64,000 bases of DNA, taken from the IMG/VR virus record IMGVR_UViG_2597490064_000001, positions 5,421 to 69,420 of that record. One strand, given 5' to 3'. The notes below the pieces were generated by a model that saw only the letters and a list, made by a program, of their open reading frames with translations, had not been told where the DNA came from and made no database searches. The first letter of the stretch is position 1; the number at the start of each line of letters is the position of its first letter. Source of the stretch: a virus (lineage: Duplodnaviria > Caudoviricetes). Position numbers and translations under genes: made by a program. Positions 18,301 to 27,129 of this stretch are shown here, in pieces.

Positions 18301-19737
18301 CCAAGCGCCATGCAGGTTCAAATGGCGAAAGAGCTTGGCCTGCCAATCACCGGAAGGGCCGGTCAAAGTGCAATCAGCATGGTTCGCGCTGAGGGAGAAA
18401 GGCAAAATCTTCTCGCAGCGCTCAATCGGACACAGTACGAATCAAAGAGCCGTACAGAGCAGGCCGTCAGTGGAATTGTTGATCTCGAAAAAGTGGATTT
18501 GGCACCTGGCAAAGGAGAAAAAGGGAAGAAAAAGAGTTTGGACGACTTGATTGGCGGCGACATTAAACGCCGCCTTGACGAGGCAAAAGCTGCATTGGAA
18601 TACGACATTCAGGTGAGGCTTGGTGCAGCTCTCGATGACGAAGATGCGCAGCGAATGATCAAATATTATGAGCAGTACCGCAAGTCAGCCCTTGAACTGC
18701 TTGCAGTGCAAGAAACAATTGCGCAGGTGAACAAATTTGCGCCTCAGCTTATTGCCAACGGCATTGATCCAACAGAAAAACTTGCGGATCTAAAAGCAAA
18801 AGAAAAAGAACTTTTCTACGACATTATGACAATTTCGCAGAAGCATACGAATGATGCTGCGAAAGCCGCTAAAAAACGAGAAGAAGAATTAAGGAAAGAG
18901 GCAGAAAAACGCCAGGAAATTTTGCGTCTCATTGAAGATGCTCAGATAGCGTCGGGTCAAATCACTCCGCGACAGGCGGCGGTCATTCAGCAGCGTCGCG
19001 GTTTTGAAGCAGACATCGCGCGAGCAGAGGAAAGCGCCCCCGACCTCGTACCCCAATTAAAGGCAGCTCAGGCTCAAATCCCCGAAGCGGGAAGTCTTGC
19101 TGAGCTTTACAAGAATACCAAAGATGAGCTTGACAGCCTCACTGATAGCACAAAGCTTCTTGGTGAAGCTGCGAATGGCATTGGTAGTGCATTTGCCAAG
19201 TCTTTCACAGATATTCTTACGGGCGCCCAAACATGGCAGGAAGGCCTTGGAAACGCCTTCCAAAGCGTGGCAAGCATGTTTGCGGACATGGTTGCTCAAA
19301 TGCTTGCCAAGTGGGCTGCGATGCAGATCATTGGGATGTTCCTGCCTGGCGCCAGCGGCCCAGGAGCCGCAAGCCCAATGGCGAGTGCTGCTCGTGGCAC
19401 GCCAGGAGCCATTGCGCCCAATGGAGCACCTTATTTAGGCCCGGCCTTCGCTAATGGCGGCGTTGTTACCGGCCCCACCCTGGGCCTCGTTGGCGAAGGC
19501 CGCTTCAACGAAGCCGTTGTGCCACTGCCTGATGGCCGCAAGATTCCTGTAGAGCTTGGCGGTGGCGCTGGCAACAACATCTCCACTAACATTGTTGTCA
19601 ACATGAATAATGGACAGGCCAGTAGTCAAATGAGCGGAGGCGGCGGTCAAGCGCTCGGCCGCGAACTTGAAGGCGCTGTGCGCAATGTCATCTTGAAAGA
19701 GAGCCGTCCCGGCGGCCTCATCTATAGCGGACGCTGA
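15382..19737 (+). CDS. Tape measure protein
   Basis: 1451 aa, Ala/Gly-rich and helical; AFAQMASKGQIMSEELKGQLGD tape-measure domain; FANGGVV.GPT.GLVGEG..NEAVVPL C-terminus. Confidence 0.93.
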   Translation: MAAELRLGVSFDLVYFRQQLQKLGRIASSEFTAPIKIKLDRRVIDKELNDLQRLIKRRKYNIELNITGGLRKQTFDDLQARLDALSTRKKVEIPVSIKNAATAKDVNDTVIGIKSRIAQNQTVKQGDGKIRIGTSIKPSITNADVADFRRVVQAKLSGISVKVKADIQGGFASGPTGLAGLQEYMRTQGLSGGNMPGAAQTGRRTQFEAAVAQASNRELQDMMRRAKVQGRSSIRSSAAMRERLMQLDDAAMESVLGNLQMNMNDPRRVKRGFLDQVARAVFWMAGVDPEYLKRQAAQRRALPGVDFPATVPPSRVSIGPSGTGRALPAGAIPGALPGTAFGARGFLPPQLGQDLQNILRNAAFTFVDSLNARIRQVNVREIGRQALPPSMIRGLLPSAVGRTPATYGGPADRGSFIQNRIAQAYARSALRGASVMAESPQGFALGAGGSGTAGPYRPFAQPERGGALVLSSQRGGAAPATELPKNYLEIGKAIKGLDPILQKSKVPFSGAIRELGDEFATATKQVLLYGTAYKALAFLTSLPGQAFEAAKGLQTINNQLEAVTGSSAAADRSFAFIDGLANRFNVPLASARDGFVKLYASMEPAGFATGEIENLFEGISKATATFGLSADQVDRVNYAFAQMASKGQIMSEELKGQLGDVLPGSLALFARAAQMSIPEFSKAMEDGAFKGEAMAQVLRNVAKIMNSDFGGAAANAANTLQGALNGLQNSVQRMYEAFEPVVDIAAANIFPVISQMVNDATSAIQAFGMEMKGIGPATSVMSDGALDIYNALQLAADTFDTVITVAKSLGSTFQVLGNIISGALQVFNAIVGNPIGEFFVKLAVNIGIATAAIRLFASAAVANAVQQLGLFLGNIKLTIAALRTLITTSRAAKIAVGGIVAGTVMVGLEMLVTRIAAAKDETDKLRKAALGAADALRAMSDAQLFAQERTIKDRIQKIETLQAQAGGRLSIKNPSAMQVQMAKELGLPITGRAGQSAISMVRAEGERQNLLAALNRTQYESKSRTEQAVSGIVDLEKVDLAPGKGEKGKKKSLDDLIGGDIKRRLDEAKAALEYDIQVRLGAALDDEDAQRMIKYYEQYRKSALELLAVQETIAQVNKFAPQLIANGIDPTEKLADLKAKEKELFYDIMTISQKHTNDAAKAAKKREEELRKEAEKRQEILRLIEDAQIASGQITPRQAAVIQQRRGFEADIARAEESAPDLVPQLKAAQAQIPEAGSLAELYKNTKDELDSLTDSTKLLGEAANGIGSAFAKSFTDILTGAQTWQEGLGNAFQSVASMFADMVAQMLAKWAAMQIIGMFLPGASGPGAASPMASAARGTPGAIAPNGAPYLGPAFANGGVVTGPTLGLVGEGRFNEAVVPLPDGRKIPVELGGGAGNNISTNIVVNMNNGQASSQMSGGGGQALGRELEGAVRNVILKESRPGGLIYSGR

Positions 19738-19742
19738 TCACC

Positions 19743-20096
19743 ATGGCACAACCAACTCTCACTCTTGAAGTTGAATATGGGCTTACAGCCCGCAGAGGCA
19801 CGCGCGTAAGGCGCGTGCAATTTGGCGATGGCTATGAACAGGTGGTGCCGGATGGTGCTAATACTGACATTAGGAAATATGACATTACGACTATTCCAAT
19901 TACAGATGCGCAAGCCGAGGCATTAGATGACGACTTGTCTTCATTGTCTGGTGATTTCTTCTATTCGCAATTCAAGCAAGATGATGCAGTGTACAAATAT
20001 CGCCTCGATCCGAATGAATGGGCGTGGGAATGCCGCGCGCCTGATGTAAATATCATTTCGTTTTCTTGCAAGCGTGTGTACGACTCTAGGGATTGA
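19743..20096 (+). CDS. Distal tail protein (lambda gpM-like)
   Basis: VQFGDGYEQ..PDG.N motif. Confidence 0.88.
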   Translation: MAQPTLTLEVEYGLTARRGTRVRRVQFGDGYEQVVPDGANTDIRKYDITTIPITDAQAEALDDDLSSLSGDFFYSQFKQDDAVYKYRLDPNEWAWECRAPDVNIISFSCKRVYDSRD

Positions 20097-21496
20097 CGAT
20101 GACAATTCAACAAGACGTATCCCAAACTTGGCATGACGCCATTATCGAGCTGTTTGAGCTTGATCTGTCCACCATCACTGGCACAGCATCTGACAAGTAT
20201 TATTTCACAGCTAATTTGATGCCAGATAATACAAAAATTAGCTGGAAAGGCATCACGTATGAGCCGCTTCCCATTGAGGCCGGCGGCTTTGAGCGCACCA
20301 CAAAGGGGCAAATTCCTCAGCCCGAGCTGACAGTGGCCAACGTCTTAGGGACGTTGGCTTCAGTGGTCAATACATTGGACGATCTTGTTGGTGCAAAGGT
20401 TACGCGCCGTCGCACATTGATGAAATATCTGGATGGAGGAAGCTCACCAGATTCGACGCAAGAATTCCCGGATGATACGTTCTACATTGAACGCAAAATT
20501 GCAGAAAGTAGCGTCACAATTACATGGCAACTTGCGAGCAAAATTGATCTTGAAGGACTTCAGCTTCCCAAGCGAATTATTACGCAAAATTATTGTTTAT
20601 GGAAATACAGAGGAGCGGAGTGCGGTTATGACGGACCTGCAATTGCAAATGAATTTGACCAGCCAATCACGGCGGGAGGTTCATCTTCGGCAGAAGGTGC
20701 GGCTTATTTAGCGGCTTATGAGACGTTTGATGCAGCAAAGGGTAAGCTTGCAAATGCGGAGACAAAATTAAACAATCTTCTTGGTCAAAAAGAAGCTGCA
20801 TGTGATCCAGAGGTCGCTGACACAGAGCAAGTTCTCTTTGTCTTCAAAGACGATCCGTTCAATGACTACTCCTTCGTTATTCAAGATGGTGACGGCAATA
20901 CTATTGTTGCCATCTGGAAAGGCGCTGGTGTAAGCGTAACCGGAGACCAGCCCTTATATCGCCCTGATTTCAAACAGAAAACAAACAGAGGGCCTGGCAA
21001 CGGCAAGAATGGCACCGGCCCCACTTTTGCCATTGATCAATATGTTCCAACCCAAGGTGGCGGGTTGCAGAAGAGTACCCTGCCAGTTTCTACAAGCTCT
21101 TTTGCCATTAAAGATGCAGATGGCGAGCCCATTTTGATTATCAATGGCAGCATTCAACCAGTTAGGCTTCCCGGTCAACCTGGGTATGACATTGGATTCC
21201 AATCAGGAGCTGGGTTTGCTCCAATGCGAAGTATTGCAAAGCTTAATTATGACAACGCTGCCTGTAAATCAATAACGACAAAGTACGACAATGCAAAAGA
21301 TGCTTACGACGATGCGTTGGCAGAATACAACGCTGCACTAGCTGCAGTTGAAGCCGCATATGCGGCACTTCCTGCTGATGATTCTGTGAAGAAAAATGAT
21401 AAATGCGGAAAGCGTCTGCAAAGTTGCCGTCTTCGTTTCGGAATTAAGGGAGCATTACCATTTGGCGGTTTCCCCGCCGCTAATGTCACCCGATGA
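20093..21496 (+). CDS. Tail tip protein (lambda gpL-like) with large insertion
   Basis: Y.PLPIEA.GFE, P.PELTVAN, DLVGAKVTRRRT, CLWKYRGAECGY ... DKCGKRLQSCRLRFG...LPFGGFP. Confidence 0.9.
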   Translation: MTMTIQQDVSQTWHDAIIELFELDLSTITGTASDKYYFTANLMPDNTKISWKGITYEPLPIEAGGFERTTKGQIPQPELTVANVLGTLASVVNTLDDLVGAKVTRRRTLMKYLDGGSSPDSTQEFPDDTFYIERKIAESSVTITWQLASKIDLEGLQLPKRIITQNYCLWKYRGAECGYDGPAIANEFDQPITAGGSSSAEGAAYLAAYETFDAAKGKLANAETKLNNLLGQKEAACDPEVADTEQVLFVFKDDPFNDYSFVIQDGDGNTIVAIWKGAGVSVTGDQPLYRPDFKQKTNRGPGNGKNGTGPTFAIDQYVPTQGGGLQKSTLPVSTSSFAIKDADGEPILIINGSIQPVRLPGQPGYDIGFQSGAGFAPMRSIAKLNYDNAACKSITTKYDNAKDAYDDALAEYNAALAAVEAAYAALPADDSVKKNDKCGKRLQSCRLRFGIKGALPFGGFPAANVTR

Positions 21497-22200
21497 TTTC
21501 TCTATCGATTAAGCAGGCGATTGCAGGAGAGGCCCGCAAGGCCTCTCCGAATGAATGCTGTGGCTTTGTAGTGAATGGACAAGTGGTGCCATGTGAAAAT
21601 ATCCACCCCTTCCCATCGGATAACTTTGCCATTGCGGCAGAGGATTATGTGCGGGCCTGCGCCAGGGGAGAAATTGAGGCTGTGTACCATTCGCACGTTG
21701 AGGGGGTTGAGGGCTTCTCGGTGCCCGACGTGAAGGCATGCAAGCAGAGTAATTTGCCGTGGATTGTATTCCACGCTGGTACTGGTGATTTTTACTATGC
21801 CGACCCATCAGGAAAGGCGCCCTATCAAGGGCGCCAATGGGTGTATGGCATCCATGATTGTTATGCCATTTTGCGAGATTTTTATAGTCGCGAATTTAAT
21901 ATTGAACTAGACGATTTTGAGCGTGGGGAAGAAAGCGAATGGGAGAGCAAGTCTTGGACAATGTTTGTCGACAATTATCAGAGCCAAGGTTTTTACGAGA
22001 TAGATAGACCAGAGCGCAAGGGCGATTTTCTTCTAATGCAAATCAGTGCTCCATCTCCAAATCATGCTGGTGTGATTATTGGCGATGGCTGTTCGTTTTA
22101 TCACCATTTAATGGGGCGCCTGTCAGAAAAAAGTGTTTACGGAGGATATTGGGCTAAAGTAACAGCTAAGGTGCTGCGACACAGGGACGTTAAGCCATGA
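21493..22200 (+). CDS. Tail tip assembly protein (lambda gpK-like; MPN + NlpC/P60)
   Basis: PNECCG, YHSH...S..D (JAMM); G.HDCY, PNHAGV, YHH (NlpC/P60). Confidence 0.9.
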   Translation: MISLSIKQAIAGEARKASPNECCGFVVNGQVVPCENIHPFPSDNFAIAAEDYVRACARGEIEAVYHSHVEGVEGFSVPDVKACKQSNLPWIVFHAGTGDFYYADPSGKAPYQGRQWVYGIHDCYAILRDFYSREFNIELDDFERGEESEWESKSWTMFVDNYQSQGFYEIDRPERKGDFLLMQISAPSPNHAGVIIGDGCSFYHHLMGRLSEKSVYGGYWAKVTAKVLRHRDVKP

Positions 22201-22832
22201 AGCGGCGAATGGTCGAAGTAAAGCTGTTAGGCGAATTGGGGCGTCGTTTTGGACGCTCATATCGTTTTATGGTGCGCAATCCTCGCGAAGTGATTTCTGC
22301 GTTGGCAAACCAGTTGGAAGGATTTAAGGAATATTTTTGCGAAGCCCACGAGGGCGGCATTGGATTCAAGCTTGTGAATGACGACCCGCAGGGGATGGAT
22401 TACGAGGGCGTGTTGATGAGTTGTGATCGCCTTGTGATCGCTCCTGTTATTGCTGGTTCTGGTGGCAACGTGGGCAGAATTTTGATTGGCGCCGCATTGA
22501 TTGGTTTGGCGTTTATTCCAGGCGTTGGCGCGTTTTCTGCAGCATCGGCTCAGGTGATTGCTGGAACGGCCACTGCAGGTTCTTTGACCGCTGTTGGAAC
22601 AGTCTTGTTTTCTTTGGGCGCCAGCATGGTGCTCACTGGCATTGCTGGCTTATTGACCCCGCCGGTAAAAACGCCAGGCAGTGATTCCAAAAAGAAAGAC
22701 AGCTTTATGTTTGACAGGGCAGTAGAACTTACCACTCAGGGCTATCCCATTCCAGTGCTATACGGTCGATATCTTGCCGTATCACCGCTTACTATCTCTT
22801 CAGCGATTAGCACTGAGACAATTCCAGTTTGA
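22197..22832 (+). CDS. Tail assembly protein (lambda gpI-like)
   Basis: VKLLGELGRRFG, PVIAGSGG, QGYPIPVLYGR. Confidence 0.9.
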   Translation: MKRRMVEVKLLGELGRRFGRSYRFMVRNPREVISALANQLEGFKEYFCEAHEGGIGFKLVNDDPQGMDYEGVLMSCDRLVIAPVIAGSGGNVGRILIGAALIGLAFIPGVGAFSAASAQVIAGTATAGSLTAVGTVLFSLGASMVLTGIAGLLTPPVKTPGSDSKKKDSFMFDRAVELTTQGYPIPVLYGRYLAVSPLTISSAISTETIPV

Positions 22833-22834
22833 CA

Positions 22835-24814
22835 ATGGAAGAAAAGCTTTCTGGTAATATCCAATGCTGGAGCATTAGCGGTGCTGGCGGTGGCAAAGAT
22901 GGAGGCAAGGCTCCCACAGAGGATCCTGATTCGCTGCGCAGCAAGGCCCAAGCAAGTGTATTGTCGTTGTTTTCCGAAGGCGAAATTCAGGGGTTTCCCG
23001 AAAGCTTTGGCGCTAATGAGCGTAGTCAGCGCATCTACTTAAATGACACCCCGTTAGTAGGTAAAGACGGAAAGAAAAATTTTGAAGATGTAGAAGTTGT
23101 ATTTGCCACTGGAACGCAAGGACAGGCATCACTACCTGGATTCAATGAGATCAGGGTAGAGCAAACAGTTGGAACAAAAGTAACAAAAGACGTTGGACCA
23201 GTAGTTGCTACTACTACGAGTGCTGACTTGGATCGAGTGAATGTAAGAATAGGCGTGGCATCTTTGTTTAAGGTGGAAGAGGAGGGCGATGTAAAAGGAT
23301 CCAAGGTCGAATTTAATATCAAAATCGTTGATTCCCTTGGCACTCCAATTATCGATAAAGATGAAAAAATTCAAGGGAAATCTCGTGGCCCTTACGACGT
23401 TGAATACAATTACAAACTTTCTGGAACTGGTCCATGGACCGTAAGAGTCAAGCGGATTACAAAGGACGCCGACAACCTTCAAGACAATAATGATCTGTAT
23501 TTCAAGGCAATCGTTGGCATCATCCAGGAAACATTGCGCTATCCAAACTCAGCGCTAATTGGCTTTACAGTTTCTGCGGAATTTTTCCAAAGCGTACCCG
23601 TTATTTCTGCTGAACTTTTGGGCTTAAAGATTAAGGTGCCCAGCAATTACAACAGCGCAACCAATTCGTACTCTGGCGTATGGAATGGCAGCTTTAAGAC
23701 TGAATATAGTAATAATCCCGCGTGGGTATTTTATGACTTGTTAACCAATAGCCGATATGGATGTGGGGAGTTTATTGATGCTGAAGACATTGATATTTAT
23801 TCTCTTTTGCCAATTGCGCAGTATTGCGATGAAATGGTTTCCAATGGAGGAGGAGGTACTGAGAAGCGTTTTACATTTAATGGCTACATCAATAACAGAG
23901 GCGATGCCTTTGAAGTGTTAAATGCATTGGCGGCATGCTTCCGTGGAATGATTTATTACGCCCAGGGCTTAATCATTGCCACACAGGATCGCCCTGCATC
24001 GGTGGTCAAGCAGTTTTCGCCATCTAATGTCATTGTGGATATAAGCGAAGCTGGGGAGCTTGCAAAGCCGGCTTTTGTTTACGAAGGCACAGGATTAAAA
24101 GCGCGAAAAACAGTGGCGCTTGTTTCATGGAACGATCGCGATGATAGATATAGAGGAAAAATTGAATATGTGGAAGATCGTGATGGCATAGACCGCTACG
24201 GTTACCGCGAGCTTGAAGTGAGAGGGCTTGGCTGTACTTCTCAGAGCCAAGCGCAACGCATTGGACGATGGAGTCTTGTTACGAATTTGAATGAAACCGA
24301 AACGGTTACTTTTAAGGTGGCAGCAGAAGGATTTTTCCTGATGCCGGGTGAAATCATTGAAATAGCCGATCCGTATAAAACCGTAGGCATTTATGCGGGA
24401 ATGTTATCTGCTGTTTCTGCTGGCTCTGCGACACTTGATCGGGCAGTTTCTCTTGAGGCAGGAAAAAGCTACGAAATTATTATTAGTGCAAGTGGCGGTA
24501 ACGAACTTACGGCGGCCATCACAAGTGGCGCGGGGTCAACTACTAGCATTAGCTTTGCTCCATCGTTTGCCGTCAATCCAGAGCTTCCAGCAGCGTGGAT
24601 CATCCGAGAAGCTGGTGCTGTGCCTAGAAAATATCGCGTAATTGCGTTGAATGAAGACGACCAGATTGTGACGGTTTTGGCATCTGCTTATTATGAAGAC
24701 AAGTATTCGCTGGTGGATAATTCAACGGTTGTATCACCTCAAATCACTTCCATTGCGGGACTGGTTGTTACTCCCGTTGTTAGCGCCGGCAGCATTGTTC
24801 TTCAAACAACGTAA
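22835..24814 (+). CDS. Tail tip hub protein (lambda gpJ-like, short)
   Basis: ISGAGGGK, SEGEIQG, IYLNDTP, YPNSAL, NNPAWVFYDLLTNSRYG, GCTSQSQAQRIGRW. Confidence 0.9.
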   Translation: MEEKLSGNIQCWSISGAGGGKDGGKAPTEDPDSLRSKAQASVLSLFSEGEIQGFPESFGANERSQRIYLNDTPLVGKDGKKNFEDVEVVFATGTQGQASLPGFNEIRVEQTVGTKVTKDVGPVVATTTSADLDRVNVRIGVASLFKVEEEGDVKGSKVEFNIKIVDSLGTPIIDKDEKIQGKSRGPYDVEYNYKLSGTGPWTVRVKRITKDADNLQDNNDLYFKAIVGIIQETLRYPNSALIGFTVSAEFFQSVPVISAELLGLKIKVPSNYNSATNSYSGVWNGSFKTEYSNNPAWVFYDLLTNSRYGCGEFIDAEDIDIYSLLPIAQYCDEMVSNGGGGTEKRFTFNGYINNRGDAFEVLNALAACFRGMIYYAQGLIIATQDRPASVVKQFSPSNVIVDISEAGELAKPAFVYEGTGLKARKTVALVSWNDRDDRYRGKIEYVEDRDGIDRYGYRELEVRGLGCTSQSQAQRIGRWSLVTNLNETETVTFKVAAEGFFLMPGEIIEIADPYKTVGIYAGMLSAVSAGSATLDRAVSLEAGKSYEIIISASGGNELTAAITSGAGSTTSISFAPSFAVNPELPAAWIIREAGAVPRKYRVIALNEDDQIVTVLASAYYEDKYSLVDNSTVVSPQITSIAGLVVTPVVSAGSIVLQTT

Positions 24815-25209
24815 TGGCACAGATTGAAGTTTCCTGGGATTATCCGCAGTACACCGGCTATTCAATTTTGAACGCCATTAATCCTGCTGTATGCTGGCAG
24901 GAGCCGCGTAACAATCCACTAATCAAAGAATTTGTCGTCGAGCTTTATCGCGAAGAGGAAGATCGATGGGTGGACCTGGGGCACACGACGGCAGATTATG
25001 TGAAGATTGACGCTTCGGATTACGATATTAGAACTTCCTATCAGATTAGGATTGCTACAATCGGGGTAAATAGACGGCAATCTCCGTGGTCTTATAGCCA
25101 GCGGTATATTGCATCTCCGCTTAGGTTTGATTTTTCTACGCCTAGCACTGTTAGGCTCCCGGATGGTCAATCTAAGTTGAACCAACGATTGCTATTTATT
25201 CTCTTTTAA
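24814..25209 (+). CDS. FN3-like tail tip protein (detached gpJ-type domain)
   Basis: IEVSWD.P...YQIRIATIGVNRRQSPWS FN3 pattern; TAATG-coupled to the gpJ-like gene. Confidence 0.6.
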   Translation: MAQIEVSWDYPQYTGYSILNAINPAVCWQEPRNNPLIKEFVVELYREEEDRWVDLGHTTADYVKIDASDYDIRTSYQIRIATIGVNRRQSPWSYSQRYIASPLRFDFSTPSTVRLPDGQSKLNQRLLFILF

Positions 25210-25211
25210 TC

Positions 25212-25619
25212 ATGGCTCTGTTTGGTTTAGATGCTGCCGGTAATTCCGCTTATGTGCAAGCGGTGGGTGATGGGGCGGAGGAAACTCCGTATATCTTGCA
25301 GCACGACATTCTCCCATCGGGCATCAAGAGCGCATGGGTGACGAGCACTAGTGGTGAGGTGGTAATTTCTGGTGTAGCTGGCAAGTCTTTGCGCGTGTTG
25401 AATTTTGCAGTTACAGCCACATCAGGCGGCACTGTTCAGTTTCGTAGTGGAGCTTCTGGAACTACTTTGACGCCGGCTTTTCCCGTTTATGCGTCTGGCA
25501 GTCCACTATCAATAGGTAATCCAATGGGATTGTTTGGGACAACGGCGGGCGAGGCTTTGGAAACCGTTGTAAGTAGTGGCATCGAGTATCAAGCCCTGAT
25601 CACCTATCGCGAGGTGTAA
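25212..25619 (+). CDS. Putative structural protein
   Basis: Beta-rich, in the tail block. Confidence 0.55.
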   Translation: MALFGLDAAGNSAYVQAVGDGAEETPYILQHDILPSGIKSAWVTSTSGEVVISGVAGKSLRVLNFAVTATSGGTVQFRSGASGTTLTPAFPVYASGSPLSIGNPMGLFGTTAGEALETVVSSGIEYQALITYREV

Positions 25620-25621
25620 GA

Positions 25622-26446
25622 ATGACACGCATTGTCGGTCGACTTGACGGTGCGGATGGCCCTTTAGAGGGTCGTTTGTTCGTGAAGGCAGGAGGCGCCT
25701 TTATTGGCGCCCCTGCCAAGGATTTGGTTTTCAAGGTAGAAGACGGCATTATTGACATCGAACTGCCCCCCTGCCCCGCTGGGCTGCCTTATGCGGTGGA
25801 TTGGCGAGCCGTTGGAGACGCAAGGCGCCTTTCGTATGTGGAACGATGGAGAGTGCCTCCAGTTGAAGAGATTTCGCTGGATGAAGCGCGTGGTCTTGTG
25901 CGCCCTAATGGGCGCAAGGTTAGCGGAAGCAGCAAGGGAGATCTGATTGAAGCAACTATGTTGCGCAATGAGAATAATGAACTCAAGCGACAAATTAAAA
26001 AGATTGAAGAGGAAAATGCTTCTCTGTTGCGCCAAGTAAGCCAAGCTGAAGGCAAGGCCGCTGCAGCCCAGGCGAAAGCGGCCACAATATCTGCTGACCT
26101 TATAAAGCTGCAGCGTGATACGCAGCCTATAAAAGTGCCGTTGGTGGTTGAGCCTGAGCGGATTATTGAGAAGCGCGTGCTCGACGATGAGCAGCGTGAG
26201 CAAGTGGCGCTTTATAGACAGCAGATTGCACTTCTTGAAATTGAAAACAAGAAGCTACAGGAGGAAATGAATGAAACCATTTCCCTTAGTACGCATTTTG
26301 CGAACCTACACGCCGAGATTGATAGACTTAGCAATGAGAAACAACAGCTTCTTGTTCGCATTGCGGAATTGCAGAGTCCTGTACGATCCACTTCTTCTTT
26401 GCGAAACGAAGCTATTGCCAATCTTGACAAACTGATTGACGGCTAA
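25622..26446 (+). CDS. Coiled-coil protein with N-terminal beta domain
   Basis: Long heptad-rich C-terminal half. Confidence 0.6.
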   Translation: MTRIVGRLDGADGPLEGRLFVKAGGAFIGAPAKDLVFKVEDGIIDIELPPCPAGLPYAVDWRAVGDARRLSYVERWRVPPVEEISLDEARGLVRPNGRKVSGSSKGDLIEATMLRNENNELKRQIKKIEEENASLLRQVSQAEGKAAAAQAKAATISADLIKLQRDTQPIKVPLVVEPERIIEKRVLDDEQREQVALYRQQIALLEIENKKLQEEMNETISLSTHFANLHAEIDRLSNEKQQLLVRIAELQSPVRSTSSLRNEAIANLDKLIDG

Positions 26447-27123
26447 TGGAAAGCATTAACGTGGTAGTGCGAGAGGGGGACAGCTTTGACGAGTTGTACC
26501 TAGCTTTCCAGAAGCCGATTGGCACTCCTCGCGATTTTACCAATTCGGAGCTATTGGCGCAAATCAAGGAGACTTTTGGCGGCAATGTAGTTGATTCGTT
26601 TGGCGTTACAAAGCTTGAGACAGATGGTCATTTAAAGCTTGCGCTTACTTCCACTCAGACAGAGGCGTTGCGTCGTAATCTTGCCGCTGGATACATTGAT
26701 AGGGGGCTGCTGTATGACGTAGGTAGACAAGCGGCCGATCCTGCGGATATTGGCGCCGTTTATTTGTGGGACTTGAAAGAACTTTTTTATGAAGAGACGG
26801 GCAAAGGAATCGATTCCATTTCGCAGGGAGCTGTTGTAGATGCCATTGCCGGGACTTATCGAATAAGGGTTACGACTAATGGAACGCACAATCTAAGCCC
26901 TACTGACATTGTGCGCATAACTGGAACTTCTGTTTCTGGCTACAATAACACCTACGCGGTCAATACGCTATCGATTCTGTCTAGTACAGAATTTGAAATA
27001 ATTCCTGTTGGCGGCTCTCCTCTTTATAGTACGAATGCTGGCAATGGCACGCTAAGGGTACTGAAAGAGGATACTATTGTATTAGGAACACTGCAGGTTA
27101 AGCCTCGCATCACCTCGATTTGA
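26446..27123 (+). CDS. Fibre adaptor-like (BppU-type) structural protein
   Basis: EGDSF..., G.LKLALTSTQTEAL, YLWDL, GTLQVKPRIT. Confidence 0.55.
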   Translation: MESINVVVREGDSFDELYLAFQKPIGTPRDFTNSELLAQIKETFGGNVVDSFGVTKLETDGHLKLALTSTQTEALRRNLAAGYIDRGLLYDVGRQAADPADIGAVYLWDLKELFYEETGKGIDSISQGAVVDAIAGTYRIRVTTNGTHNLSPTDIVRITGTSVSGYNNTYAVNTLSILSSTEFEIIPVGGSPLYSTNAGNGTLRVLKEDTIVLGTLQVKPRITSI

Positions 27124-27129
27124 TGAAAA

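Noticed and set aside
20624-21403. Intein in gpL
   Set aside because: No C/S start with a His-Asn end and no LAGLIDADG motif; the insert is flanked by coiled-coil helices.
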